A DNA stretch of 62,483 bases, the filler included, from Choristocarpus tenellus KU-1152 (lineage: Eukaryota > Protista > Phaeophyceae): the NCBI GenBank assembly GCA_964200185.2. It is 13 parts of 13 records of this genome, joined end to end, with 100 filler letters (N's around TTAATTAATTAA, not from the genome) between each part and the next. Parts side by side here need not be neighbours in the genome. Positions count along the whole stretch, not along the records: positions 38,040 to 40,628 come from CAXNAD020026491.1; positions 40,729 to 48,352 come from CAXNAD020005858.1; positions 48,453 to 51,482 come from CAXNAD020022815.1; 10 more parts are not named here. The stretch is one strand, 5' to 3'. The position numbers and the translations under genes were made by a program. The notes beneath the pieces were generated by a model. It was not told the origin of the DNA. It ran no database searches and worked only from the letters and a program-made list of their open reading frames with translations. Of this stretch, positions 40,030 through 51,582 are shown piece by piece (positions within the stretch are counted from its first letter, which is position 1; the number at the start of each line of letters is the position of its first letter).

Positions 40030-41284
40030 AGAAACCCTCCCTTTCTATCCACCTTCCCCCCCCCCTCCCCCCCTCTCCTCCGACAGAATTTTAGAAAATA
40101 TCAAAACGGTTGAATGCATAATGTGTGTGGACAGGGGTTTTATGTTCTTTATCATCTGTGGATAAAAAAAAAGCTAATGGCGTTGGAGGGGGGGGGGGGG
40201 GGGGGGGGGGGGTTTTTTTTTTTGTGGGGGGTTTGGGAGGTGGTTTTGGGGGGGGGGGAGGGGGGGGGGGTGGTGGGGGGGAAAGNNNNNNNNNNTTTTT
40301 TTTCATTGGGGAAAAAAAAAAAAGGGAAGGGGGTGGGGGGGGGGGGGGGGGGGGGGGTTGGGTGCTTGTTTTGTCGCTCAGTGATTGATGATTGGTTATT
40401 AGAGAGAGCTCTGATTTGTTTGTACTGTGAGAAAGTTAGATGGTACTGAGAGAGGTGCTGTCTTGAAGAGCTTGCATTGTTTCGGTTGTTTATCTACTGG
40501 TGTCTGGAGGATGGCACAGGACATAGGATTTGGGGGGCGCATGGGGGGGAGTTGGGGATGGGGGGGTTGGGTGCTTGTTTTGTCGCTCAGTGATTGATGA
40601 TTGGTTATTAGAGAGAGCTCTGATTTGTNNNNNNNNNNNNNNNNNNNNNNNNNNNNNNNNNNNNNNNNNNNNTTAATTAATTAANNNNNNNNNNNNNNNN
40701 NNNNNNNNNNNNNNNNNNNNNNNNNNNNTCCCCTGGTCAGGACCCGAGTGGACACCCAGGTGTAGACCCCCCCCCCCCAGATACTTTGAGCCATTGGAGG
40801 TAGTAGTTGGCACAACTGCTGCCACTGCAAATAACAGAGGTTTTTCAAGATAGCAGACTGAGCATGAAGTGCATGTCAGGTGCAAGAGGTTTTCTTTGCT
40901 GGCTGCTGCTTAACAATGCATAATCCACGTGTTAATTTTGCAACTGAATACCAACTCAGCATGCTGGTCTACTACCCCATGGCCTACCCACTAGCGAGAA
41001 AGAACAATCCATTCCATGTACACATCTCTTGTTCGTGATACATTCAAAGGCAATAATACAGATCTCTAGATCAAACACACACACAATCGAAAATATAAAT
41101 TCCCCAGGTTTTGTCTTCCTTAGTAGGGTCTTGAATAAACGGGGAGGTTTTACTGTGTGCTTTGCTCCAAAAAATTATGGAAATGGCAATATCCATTGAA
41201 TTAACAATAATCAAAGCATGCTATGAGAGGAAGAGCTTCTTGCCTGAGTGCTTTACTTTATTATCTGCTTGACTCTCTTCTTAG

Positions 41285-44200
41285 GTTGGAAAGCACCCAA
41301 TCTCTATGGCAAAGACCACAATTCCAAACCTTGAAGAACAGGCCAAACGCATATTACATGTAACACAAGCTCATGGAAGCAACTGTGTAGATGGCCCTGC
41401 AAGCATATACCTGAATAGACAGTTCTGCGTCAGCAACAGTCCACCCAAGTCCTCCCAGCACAAGCAAGATGGACACAACTTGAAATCTGATACCCAAAAG
41501 ATCCGAGGATATATGGACTTGCTTGATGAGTACAGTCTCCACCATTTCATAATCTGGTATGGTAAAGTGATTGACCAAACTCCAGAGTTCTTGTCACTGA
41601 GAAGGAAGCACCAGGCCATCTGGAACTCAATATCACGTTATGTGACCATCCTGGAGGAAGTCATGAGTCAAAATAGAGTTCCCTTGGCTGTCATTGATGG
41701 CAAGCAGCTTGCAGAACTGGCACTCTTTGATTTAGAGGGTACAGACAAGGAAGATTTGTGTCGCTGCATTGCAAACCTTGAACAAATTCGTCCTCTTTTG
41801 AGGAATATGGAGGTGATACCAAGGCATTACTCTCTAGAGCACAAGGCAGCAACTTCCATTCAAGCTGCAGTGCGCGCATATATTCAACGCTGCTCGTTTT
41901 TGCTACTAAAGCGTATTCACCGGGATGCAATCCAGTTGCAACGTGCTGGTCGGGCATACATGTCTCGAAGAACTGCGAAGTTGCTCCTTGCCCAAAGGCG
42001 TCAGCATTTTGAATCAATATGGGAATCACTTCAGCAGGGTCTGAGGTCAGACTGGGACTCCTGGAGGGGAAAGCAAAGAGTGATCATCCATGTCCCTTCC
42101 TTAGGCGTGGACGAGCACACACGCATGGGCGACTCTGCCTTCCACGTCCGTCAGAACCTCCAAATCTCTCGCATCTGCTCACTAATGGACCCTCAGGTGT
42201 ATGTAGTATATGTCTCACCCTTCGTATTGAGCACTGAGATAGTCGAATATCACAAGAAGATTCTCGAGTTAGCAGGAATAGAAAGGCCGGGGAAGCGTTT
42301 GACAGTGGTTGTTCCTGAGCACGTTGATGTGTTTCCAAGCAACCTGCCCCTGGCATCACTGCTGCTCTATTCTCCTGGCTGCCTAAGGCGTATCAAGCAC
42401 ATCATTAAGGGTCAACCAGCCGTCATTATCTCCGGGGTGGTTGGTTGGCAGGAGAAAAGATTGGCAGTTGCGTTGGGTACCCCACTCCTTTCTGCTGAAC
42501 CCACAATTGCAAACCTCCTTTGCACACAGTCAGGAATGAAACGAGTATTCGAGGCCGCTGATGTAAACATTCCACTTGGAGCTCATGATATTTATAGTGA
42601 GGATGATTTCATGGTTGCTCTGACCAAGTTGATAGCAAGCAATCTGAATGTGCAGCGATGGAAAATTAAGATCGATGCATGTCATGAGAACCAAGCCATG
42701 GCTTTGTTTGACACGACATCAATTTCTTGCATGGAAGGACTACACCGAGAGAGAGCACAGCTGATACAAAGGCAGGGTGGATCTCCCGCGGTTTGGCATC
42801 ACCCAGACGTTCAACTCTTGGCGCGTGCCAGGCTATTGAAGTGTCTGAATAGCTGCCTGCACCACACCATAATAATACTTGACAGGACGGCATACCCAAC
42901 TTGGACAGCCTTCATCAGGCAAATCACCCGGACGGGTTGTGTCATAGAGGCAGAACCGGTGCAAGCAATAGGACACCCATCTGCCAGTCTTTTTGTTGCA
43001 CCTACTGGGCAGGTGACAGTCATAGCCACGATGAGCTCACTCTATGGTGATGGTAATGAATGTGTTGGGTTTTTGTATCCTCAAACATGTGTCCCCAGCA
43101 AGGCACTGGAGGGGGCAACCTTGGCCATAGGCAAGGAGCTATTCAAGCGTGGAGTAATGGGCTACTGCAATATAAAGTACGTTGCTTTCTGGGATTCTCA
43201 ATCTTCCACTGCACGACTATGGGCAACTGATCTGGAGCTAGGATTGAGCGGATCTATATGCAGTTTTTTTCTTTTTTGTGCCCTGACTGATGGCGGTGGC
43301 AGTGCAAAAGACTTTGGGTGCTTCCACAACATTAAAAAGAAATATACTCTAGAGACTTTGTCAGGTGAGGGGCATGCACAAATCTCCTTTTTTCGGTGCA
43401 GCACACCTACCGATGTACTCACCACAATTCCCCACAATAACATTACCTCTCACTGACTTGCCTCTCCACCCACAACAGGCCCATCAGAATTGCACTACGC
43501 CTACCTTGACTATGTCCACCAGACTGGCCTTGGAACAATACAACTTGCTGCGTTCTTCAAACTATGCCGCCTTGAGGGTATATCTTTCGATCTCTGCTCA
43601 CAGGTAGCATGTCAATCCAATAACAAACCTATGATTTTTCTACCTCGTGCAAGAAGAAAACGCTTTTTTTTGTTGTAAATCTTTTTTTTTCAGATATTTC
43701 TCCATTTTTTGCCTCAGTTAGGACACTCCAGAGTCAAGGCACATGAACTTGGGCAGAGAGGGCTTTGCTGCAACAAATCCCTGTGTGGGGGCATTCAACT
43801 CCATCTTATTTAGTGTCTTTCAACAGATATTTCCATTGCAAGCAGTAATCTCCCTTGCCATACCCCCTCTTTGAAGGTGGGCACAATATTCAACCTGGTG
43901 GACACATTGGTGAGCGGGGTGGTAGGCATGCTTACAGTTGCGTCATCCAAGCAAGCTGTTCTACTCAAGGCTCTTAACGGCCTCAAGTTCATCAAGAAAA
44001 TTGTGAGTTTGCTATATTTTCAAGTGTGTTCCATGTCCAACAGTATTGTGTTTGAGATATTCTGTTGTGTGTACCTCCAAATAATTTGCCTTCAGGAGAT
44101 TGCAGTCTGCTGCAACAACAAAGAAGGAGAAGAAAGTGCCAACATAATCCTTTCCAAAAGAAAACTGCTGATCTGTTACACCAATGGTTTGACTGCCGAT

Positions 44201-44431
44201 TTGGTTGGATCTTTATATTTAAATAACTCCCTGACCGCCTCATACCAGCCACGCGTGCTGCCAAGGATCACCTCATTGTCGAAAATGAATAGAATTCCCC
44301 CATTTGATTGGATGCAAAACTCTTAGGCAGCTGGGCATACATCAACGGAGGCTTTCGTGTCAGCTTCCTTCTCCACTCGCATGTCTGCAATCACTCAGCA
44401 GTTGCACCAGGCACGTGAGGGAGGCTGTTGA
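41285..44431 (+). CDS. IQCH: IQCH-like (IQ motif-containing H) protein, 3' part; exons 41285-43364, 43479-43603, 43877-44002 and probably 44327-44431
   Basis: IQ motifs (AATSIQAAVRAY, AIQLQRAGRAY), RVIIHVPSLG, QNLQISRIC, VYVSP, SLLLYSP, KRVFEAADV.IPLGAHDIY, FFKLCRLEGISFD and GTIFNLVDTL; splice phases are consistent. Confidence 0.85.
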
Positions 44432-45235
44432 GCACCTGCCCATGCATTGCGATGGGGCATTTTTTCCTGATCATCTCCATTTTAGTATTATCCTTTCTCG
44501 GTGCTTTTCCCCTCAGATTTTTCAAATTATTTTGTGTTTGAAAGATCCACAGATAGATTTAAGGTTTTGTGTCTGCCTTCTTGTCACATGCACGAGAGAT
44601 TATTCCACTGTCTTTAAGAGCTCAAGCGGACCCCCCACCACAATGATGACCATTGTGGGATGACCGTCGTGGGGTGCCTCTTACCACTCGGCAATGGGCT
44701 TGGGAGGTTGCTACAATGCATCATCATATGTCCTTGGGAGTAGAGTCTCAGAAATTGGTCGGCTTTTTGTTTTCTCTTGCTCTAGACAAGAGCCATGTGG
44801 CCCTGTCTCTAAGTCTCCCCAAGTCTCATGAGCTATTCACTTTTGTGGCATGTTAGCCATTTATTGTATGGGGTTGGTTTTGGTTTAATCCCAAACTTAG
44901 ATAGAAAATGGTGTCTATATCAAAGAGTGAGTTCCCCTTCATTTGTGGTGTGAATGCGTGTATTTAGAGCAAGTGTATGATGCACATTGAATGGGAGAAT
45001 CTCTACACCTTGCACTATTGTCTTTTGCTCCTTTCCTCAACTTTGTGGATGATTTCTTAAGTAGTTGGCAGTGTTTTTGAATGTGTTGTTGGGGCCACAA
45101 AGTGATCCCCATCCAATTTAACAGCCCTTGTATCTCTCCTCTTCAGGTGGAACAGCTTCATCCTCCCTTTTCCCTTTGTTTTTAGCCAATATTGTTTTTA
45201 TTTGTTTTGTTTGTTCTTCAACTTTGGTATTGACT

Positions 45236-45492
45236 GAGTTAAAGTATCTTAGAAGGTAGAGCCACATCCTTTGGGGGTCAATATCCCATGTTGCAATTTT
45301 AATGTAATTTCGGCTATCGTGTTGGGTAGAAAGTGTCATTATCCTTGTTCCGGACACACCTTTTCAAGAAATATACATTACCTACTCCGAAGCATTTCGG
45401 AGTAGGAAAATGTCATTTAGAAAATCCGTGGGAAGTCAAGGCCCAAACGGACAAATAGGGCAAAACTCGTACCCTCTAAGATACTTCTACTC
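45236..45492 (-). mobile_element. MITE family A, full-length
   Basis: TIRs and hairpin present; 3-bp TSD ACT/ACT. Confidence 0.88.
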
Positions 45493-48452
45493 ACTGCTGA
45501 AATCTACACCCTCTCCTTTTTTAGTCTCTACAAAGTTCATATCAATTGCTCGAATCTGAAGGCATGAAGGATAGATACAGATCACAAATCGCACTATTTG
45601 TATTCAACCACACGAGCAACCATGAGCATAATACAGCTCCTGCCGATATAGCTGTCTACGTCCAAGCGCCATGGGGGTAGCCCAGCTATTATCGTAGTTA
45701 GTGGCACCCATAAAGCTCTGTTTGAAAGATAGAAATCCTGACCCTCTCGGTGCCCTGCCTTGGTTATATGAACAGTGTGTAAACAAACGAGTCTCGGTGA
45801 GGTAAGGTTCCCCACCCAACCAAATTGACACTCCATAAGAAGTGAAACGGTCTGTGTGTGTGTTTCATAGTCACAATATCTTGGTATTGGTTGGGTGCCT
45901 AATTAAATTGTATCTACTCTGGAGGAGTATGTAACTATCCAATTCTACCTGCCATTGTTGAGTTGTTCGATATTGCGTATCTGCGTCCAGCTGTTGGATT
46001 ATGTTAACTTCGTCTTGTGTATCCATGCTGAGTGCAAGACATTCCGGGTCACAGCTCTATAAGAAGCAAACAAAAAAAGGTACGGTTAAACATGGGCATA
46101 AACAACATACAGGACAGTATAGCACTACTTCACACTGTGCTTCACCTTCCAAAGCAGAAACCTTGTCGAGAGTAGCACGGCATGAAACCAAGAACTTGGC
46201 AACCTAATCCATTGCAAAAAGATTCCCATGTATCGCAAGGACTAGAAACTAAATGTGTTGTTCAGACATGCCATGCTCCTCCTTTCATAGGTCTTACAGT
46301 GACCCGCACCAATATCTCATAGCACACAGTGAACACCCACGTATATTTCGAAACTAAATGTAACTCGAGCAGAACAGCCAATGCTGTATAGTTATGCAGA
46401 ATTGCACTTCATCCTAATGTTTTGAGATACAAAGTTTTTCTAACCTTCTTTTTTTTGCTTGCTTCTCTATATTACTATATATTTGAAGTGATTTGTACTC
46501 TTTTCTCACACAAGGGATCTCATTGGCTGCAAATACAATCACACTACTACTCATTATTCATATTAGACGACTTCTACCATCAGAGTGTGTTATCGGTTTC
46601 TCATGGTACTGTATAGGCGATTGCTTGGTCCAACGTATAATACACACTAGTATAATAACAATATTTATCAGCGAGAGAACAAAGGGCACATGATGTCCCA
46701 TCCGCTGCTTGGGACCAAATGCAACACAACATTAATATATCCATCTATAAAAGGCACGCTTGAAACCATACCTCATCTAGTTGTATTAGAAATTTCTGTT
46801 ATTTTATAGTCCAAACCAGCAAGAGACAGGACAATGGTTTGTGAACAGTCAGCGAAATCCTGTAGAAGGGAGGGGTTAAACCGTATTGGCTTATGATGGC
46901 TGCTTTAGTCCACTGCACATACCCTTCTATGCTGTTGCAACAACATAGCAAGGAAAATGATACTGCAGTGGTACGATGTGTTCACTCCTCTAATTTATAG
47001 TGGAAATATCATTGTAAGTAAGGAAAATTGAATGGGTGGTCCTATTAATAGCAATGCAATGATCAGCCCTAGCTGTTTCGCTGAGCTTGAGGTATGATGC
47101 AATGGGGAAAATGAAATATATCCCCTTACAGGCAGGCATTGTTAAAGCTCTATACAAATGTTCCCAATTCACTGTTTTTGTTTGTATAGTAAGAGTAAGA
47201 CCCTGCAAAAGGATACAGGCAACTATAACATTTATTTTCAACTTCTGCTGCAATACAACGGCAACAAGAAACTGACTAATTCTGGGTACGGTATATTCAA
47301 GCCGTACTCTGCATTATACATATCGACTGATAATAATACCTTGGTTTACGAGGTATGGCATACTGAAGTATGAGGTAAGGCGAGGCACTACAAAACATGC
47401 TCTAAGCTGAATTGCATCCAATATTTGTGCAGTCTCAAAGACTCTTTAACACATCCGTATGCGAAACTCCAAAGTGCATTGCACTCGTATCCCTATGCAC
47501 TTTGTGGGTGCATGGTGACATACGTAGTCCCATGTACTCCAATACGTACAGGTACATATCATAAACGATAAATATATGCTACTAAGACAGGAATGTAGCC
47601 AATGGAAAAGACTATGGAGGAGGAATAGTAAGTATTGTAGTCCTTAGAACTTTATCATAATATATATATATATATAGTAGTAGTATCTAGCAGTGGTAAT
47701 AGTGTCTATTACTTGGAAGCTCAATGTTGAAATATGCACACAACATAGTACTCTAATATATATATTTATATAAAAATATAATTGCGCTTGCCTATGGAAC
47801 TTTGTTTTTTTGGTGTTCGTTGCAGTGTCCAACAACAGTCCTATTAATAGTACTTGAAAATCCATTGTTGTTGTTGTTTTGGCAGCAATACTATTGGCAT
47901 TGAAGATATTTCTGTTTTCCTTCCGTGTCAATGTTGTGAATGCTTCTACAGAAGTAATACACACATAGACAAGTTGCTTTGTTGCTTGGCTCCCTTCTCC
48001 TATCTTACTTGATATCTGTCCGTCGCCTGCCACACTTCTCTTCTGTCTTATCGTCATTTATCTGTCCATTGTTTTACATATAGGTTGGTGTATCTGGTAT
48101 TGTGGAACACCTTTTTGTGATCATGTCTATGGTATATTTTCATGGATGATCTTTCCTCTTTTTCTCTGGTCTCTATTATCGTATTATTGGTATTATCATT
48201 ATCTTTTGTTACTTCTCTTCCGATATCTTGTATTTTGTACATCACATGTGGAAGAGGTCAATTTATATTGACATACAAACTTGTGCTACTACTGTGGAAA
48301 GCATGTTTGCCTGTTATTATACCGTTATTTCCGTATGCCATATACCGTTATANNNNNNNNNNNNNNNNNNNNNNNNNNNNNNNNNNNNNNNNNNNNTTAA
48401 TTAATTAANNNNNNNNNNNNNNNNNNNNNNNNNNNNNNNNNNNNNNNNNNNN

Positions 48453-48569
48453 CTGCCACCCGTTAAGCATCACGCTTCCGTCGCCCTCGCAAAATGGATC
48501 GCTCATGTCCATCTCCATATTCGCACTCATGGAGTTTTCGGTTTCGCTACTGCTGTGCATGTGACTCAT
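48453..48569 (-). CDS. Probable Ctr-family copper transporter, N-terminal exon
   Basis: MSHMHSSSETENSMSANMEMDMSDPFCEGDGSVMLNGWQ is a His/Met-rich ectodomain running to the contig end. Confidence 0.55.
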
Positions 48570-48909
48570 GGTCGTCTCTCTATCTCTATCTATCTATCTC
48601 TCTATAATTTCTGTGGGCAAACCGGCATGTGGTATATGATGGAGTTGTGGCGTGTCGAAATTATTTTCACTTGACTGCCACAATTTGTGTAAAATGTTGT
48701 TTTGGGCCGAGTTATCAAAAATCGACATTCTGTGATGTTGTAATGTCACCACAAATATAGTGAACACAAGCGCAAGTTCGAAATCTACTTGCTTTTAGTA
48801 TTATGATGGTTGTACTTTCTTCAACATCGGTTGATTGGTGTATATAGTATGTGGGAGTATGATAAAAATAATAGAGAGGATAATAATATAAATATTAGAG
48901 AGAAAAGAA

Positions 48910-51121
48910 GGCGCTTGTATATAAGAGGGTAGTGGCTACCAAAAAATTCCCCTCTTATATCCCGATCCTCTCTTATTGTATATTAGAGGGCTTTTCTCTT
49001 AAACAGAGGGATCGTGATAAGAGAAACGTGTGATATATATCAAGCAAAAGTGATCTTGGGCACGTTATACTCTTCCCCGAACGACGACAGAGCAACGCCC
49101 TCGCTGTACATGCTTCCCATGTGCCTTAAAGAGTAGTTACACCTCAATATTGTCCTATTTTGCCCCAATGTACCTGCACTGCCATCGACCTCCCATCGCA
49201 CGCACTGAGTAATACAACTTATTCGCTGAAAAAAATATCGTGACTGCCTAAAAAATATCGAATGCCGGCTTGTTTGATTGCCCTTGCCCCGATTGCACTG
49301 AGACAAGCCAGCTTTGCTTTCTGGAGATGGTACGAAACATCGTTCATGCTGCACACTTCAAGTGTTTGTTTCTAACCTTGCAATCTCGTCAGCTACTTGA
49401 GAGTATGACAGTGGAGGAATCGAGAACACCGAAGAGGCTGCTCCTTTCCTCACGCCCCCCGATGCGCTGCCCCCTCCCATAAACCCATCATTATCCTCGT
49501 CACCCGGGCTTTCATTGTCTGACTGGTAGAAGAATTTCTCGAGCAGCTGATCTTTCATGTCCTCTAGTATCGCATTGGCCACTTCATAGTTGCCTTTCAC
49601 ATCGATCCACACTCCTACAGCATTGATGGAAGCCTGAGATAGCTTTCTGCCAGGTTTGACTTGCAGAGCATCAAGAGCATTAGAGGGATTTTTATTGACA
49701 TATAGAGACACCTTGTGTGGGACGTTACCTCTACGAAAAAAAATGGCCACCTGTGATGCTACAGTACACGGTACAGCCATTAAAGTATGACAGAAACGAG
49801 CGCAAAATTTCAAAAAATCAAATCATGATCCTCATCAGCAGACAGTGCATAAAGACAATTCAATCACGATCACAATCAACCTACTTTCAGAATTTCAATC
49901 CACTCGTTGACACACCTTGGTATGATTGACGCCCCTCGTAGACTTGGTGTCAGGTTCAGGCTTTAGCATCTGTGCTTTCTCCATGATGGTTCTTGCCTCC
50001 TTCAATTATACAGGGTGCTGTGACCGATTCTAAACTCTTGAGCAACATCAGTTCCCATCATGATCTTCAGGAATTTCAATGCTTCCACCTTCTCTGCAAA
50101 GCTCAAGCGTTTATGATTGTCGGCACTGTGAGGCTTGTAGGACGCGGCTTTCTCTGTAGATATATTTCGTAGAACGTTCCCCTTGCCCTTGTTCTTGTTA
50201 TCATGGCACTTCGACACCGTGTTGTCACTGGCTGGAGGACTCGAAACCTTGCGTTTGGTGGGGCTCATGCACAATTTGCACACGCGTTTCATTTCGCTGG
50301 CACCAAAAGGATCCACGACGCTACAAATGTCATGAAGATAGCCGATACAATGTGACACTTATGACATGTATATTGTGATCGACTAGGAGTATTATATTGA
50401 AATATGCCACACTGGACCCGCAGTTGTGTGCCTTGATAGAGGACAATAAGTGGCTTGGTGTAGATATACACGATATTAATGTGACGAGAGGCTTATGGTC
50501 TCAATTCCACCGTCTAAACCATGGGGTGAGACAGGTGCAGACTACCGTTACTATTCCTATAGTGTGGGGTTTGCAATCGTCTATACTAATTTACTATGAT
50601 TCACTTACTTGTTCTCAGTATAGCAATCGTATCTTGAACATCACACTAATCAATGGACACATACATATGGTATATCTATCACTGGCTCTCCAGCCTAAAA
50701 TCTACTCCACTGGTGGAGTCTGTAGTGTATCAGCAGTACTATCCACGAACTTATTACCCTGCATGTTGCAGCTGGATCCCGCTGTGCAGGGCATCATTGT
50801 ATCTGTACTATGCAGTCGTCTAACCATTGACCTGATATATTGTATGTACTCTACTGTGCAGTACTCAGACAAAAGACTGCTATGTTGTGTACTACTTGCT
50901 GGTGTCGAGCACCTTTGTACCTGAACTTTGTTATATTTTGCTGAACAATAGACATGACCTTTTGGGGAACCCCTCAGTCAAGTAGTGAAAAAAAATGCAA
51001 GTTTGCCGATGTAAGAGAGAATTGGGAGAAGACTCCAAAACCTCTCTTATAGCCTGGAAAGTCGTGACAAGTCAATTTACCCTCTCTTATATCGACCTCT
51101 CTTATATAGGCACACCGACTG
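48910..51121 (-). mobile_element. pogo/Tigger-like (Tc1/mariner superfamily) internally deleted element
   Basis: On the minus strand the terminus reads TA|CAGTCGGTGTGCCTATATAAGAGAGG at 51123-51096, with related tatataagag motifs at 48918-48990. A CENP-B-type HTH (KRLSFAEKVEALKFL..DVAQEFRIGHSTLYN) lies at 50005-50110. No DDE core was seen and the left boundary is uncertain. Confidence 0.7.
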
Positions 51122-51278
51122 TAGTATGTAATGAAATTAGCAAGAACCCAACGGTGTTAAGGAAATTGGTGTTCCCAAGACTTGTGTATGCAAATAACTC
51201 GATTAATTCCTTATTATGCAGAACAGGTTGTACATGAAGGAAGATGTAAGAAAGGAGAGTGAGCTTCAAACCCCAAAG

Positions 51279-51443
51279 GAGCCAAAGTATCCTAGAGGGT
51301 AGACTCGCGTCCATTTGGGAGCCAAAATCCAATGTTGCGATTTCGACATAATTTTGGCTATTATCGTGTTTGTTGGGAAGTGTCAATATGCTTCTTCTGG
51401 ACACACCTTTTCATAACGTATACATTTTACCTACTCCGAAACA
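51279..51443 (-). mobile_element. MITE family A, interrupted at the hairpin loop by another TIR element
   Basis: TIR and body run up to cctactccgaaaca and are followed directly by gggtcaaagtatcttggggg. Confidence 0.8.
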
Positions 51444-51582
51444 GGGTCAAAGTATCTTGGGGGGGGGGTGGTTTGTGAGGGGNNNNNNNNNNNNNNNNNN
51501 NNNNNNNNNNNNNNNNNNNNNNNNNNTTAATTAATTAANNNNNNNNNNNNNNNNNNNNNNNNNNNNNNNNNNNNNNNNNNNN

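Noticed and set aside
38961-40094. Tyr/Thr-, Leu- and Ile-rich ORFs
   Set aside because: These are translations of mini- and microsatellites.
40100-40628. Gly/Pro-rich ORFs and a duplicated ~70-bp segment (about 40353-40419 and 40562-40628)
   Set aside because: Poly-G tracts around a 10-N gap at a contig end; most likely a low-quality assembly artefact.
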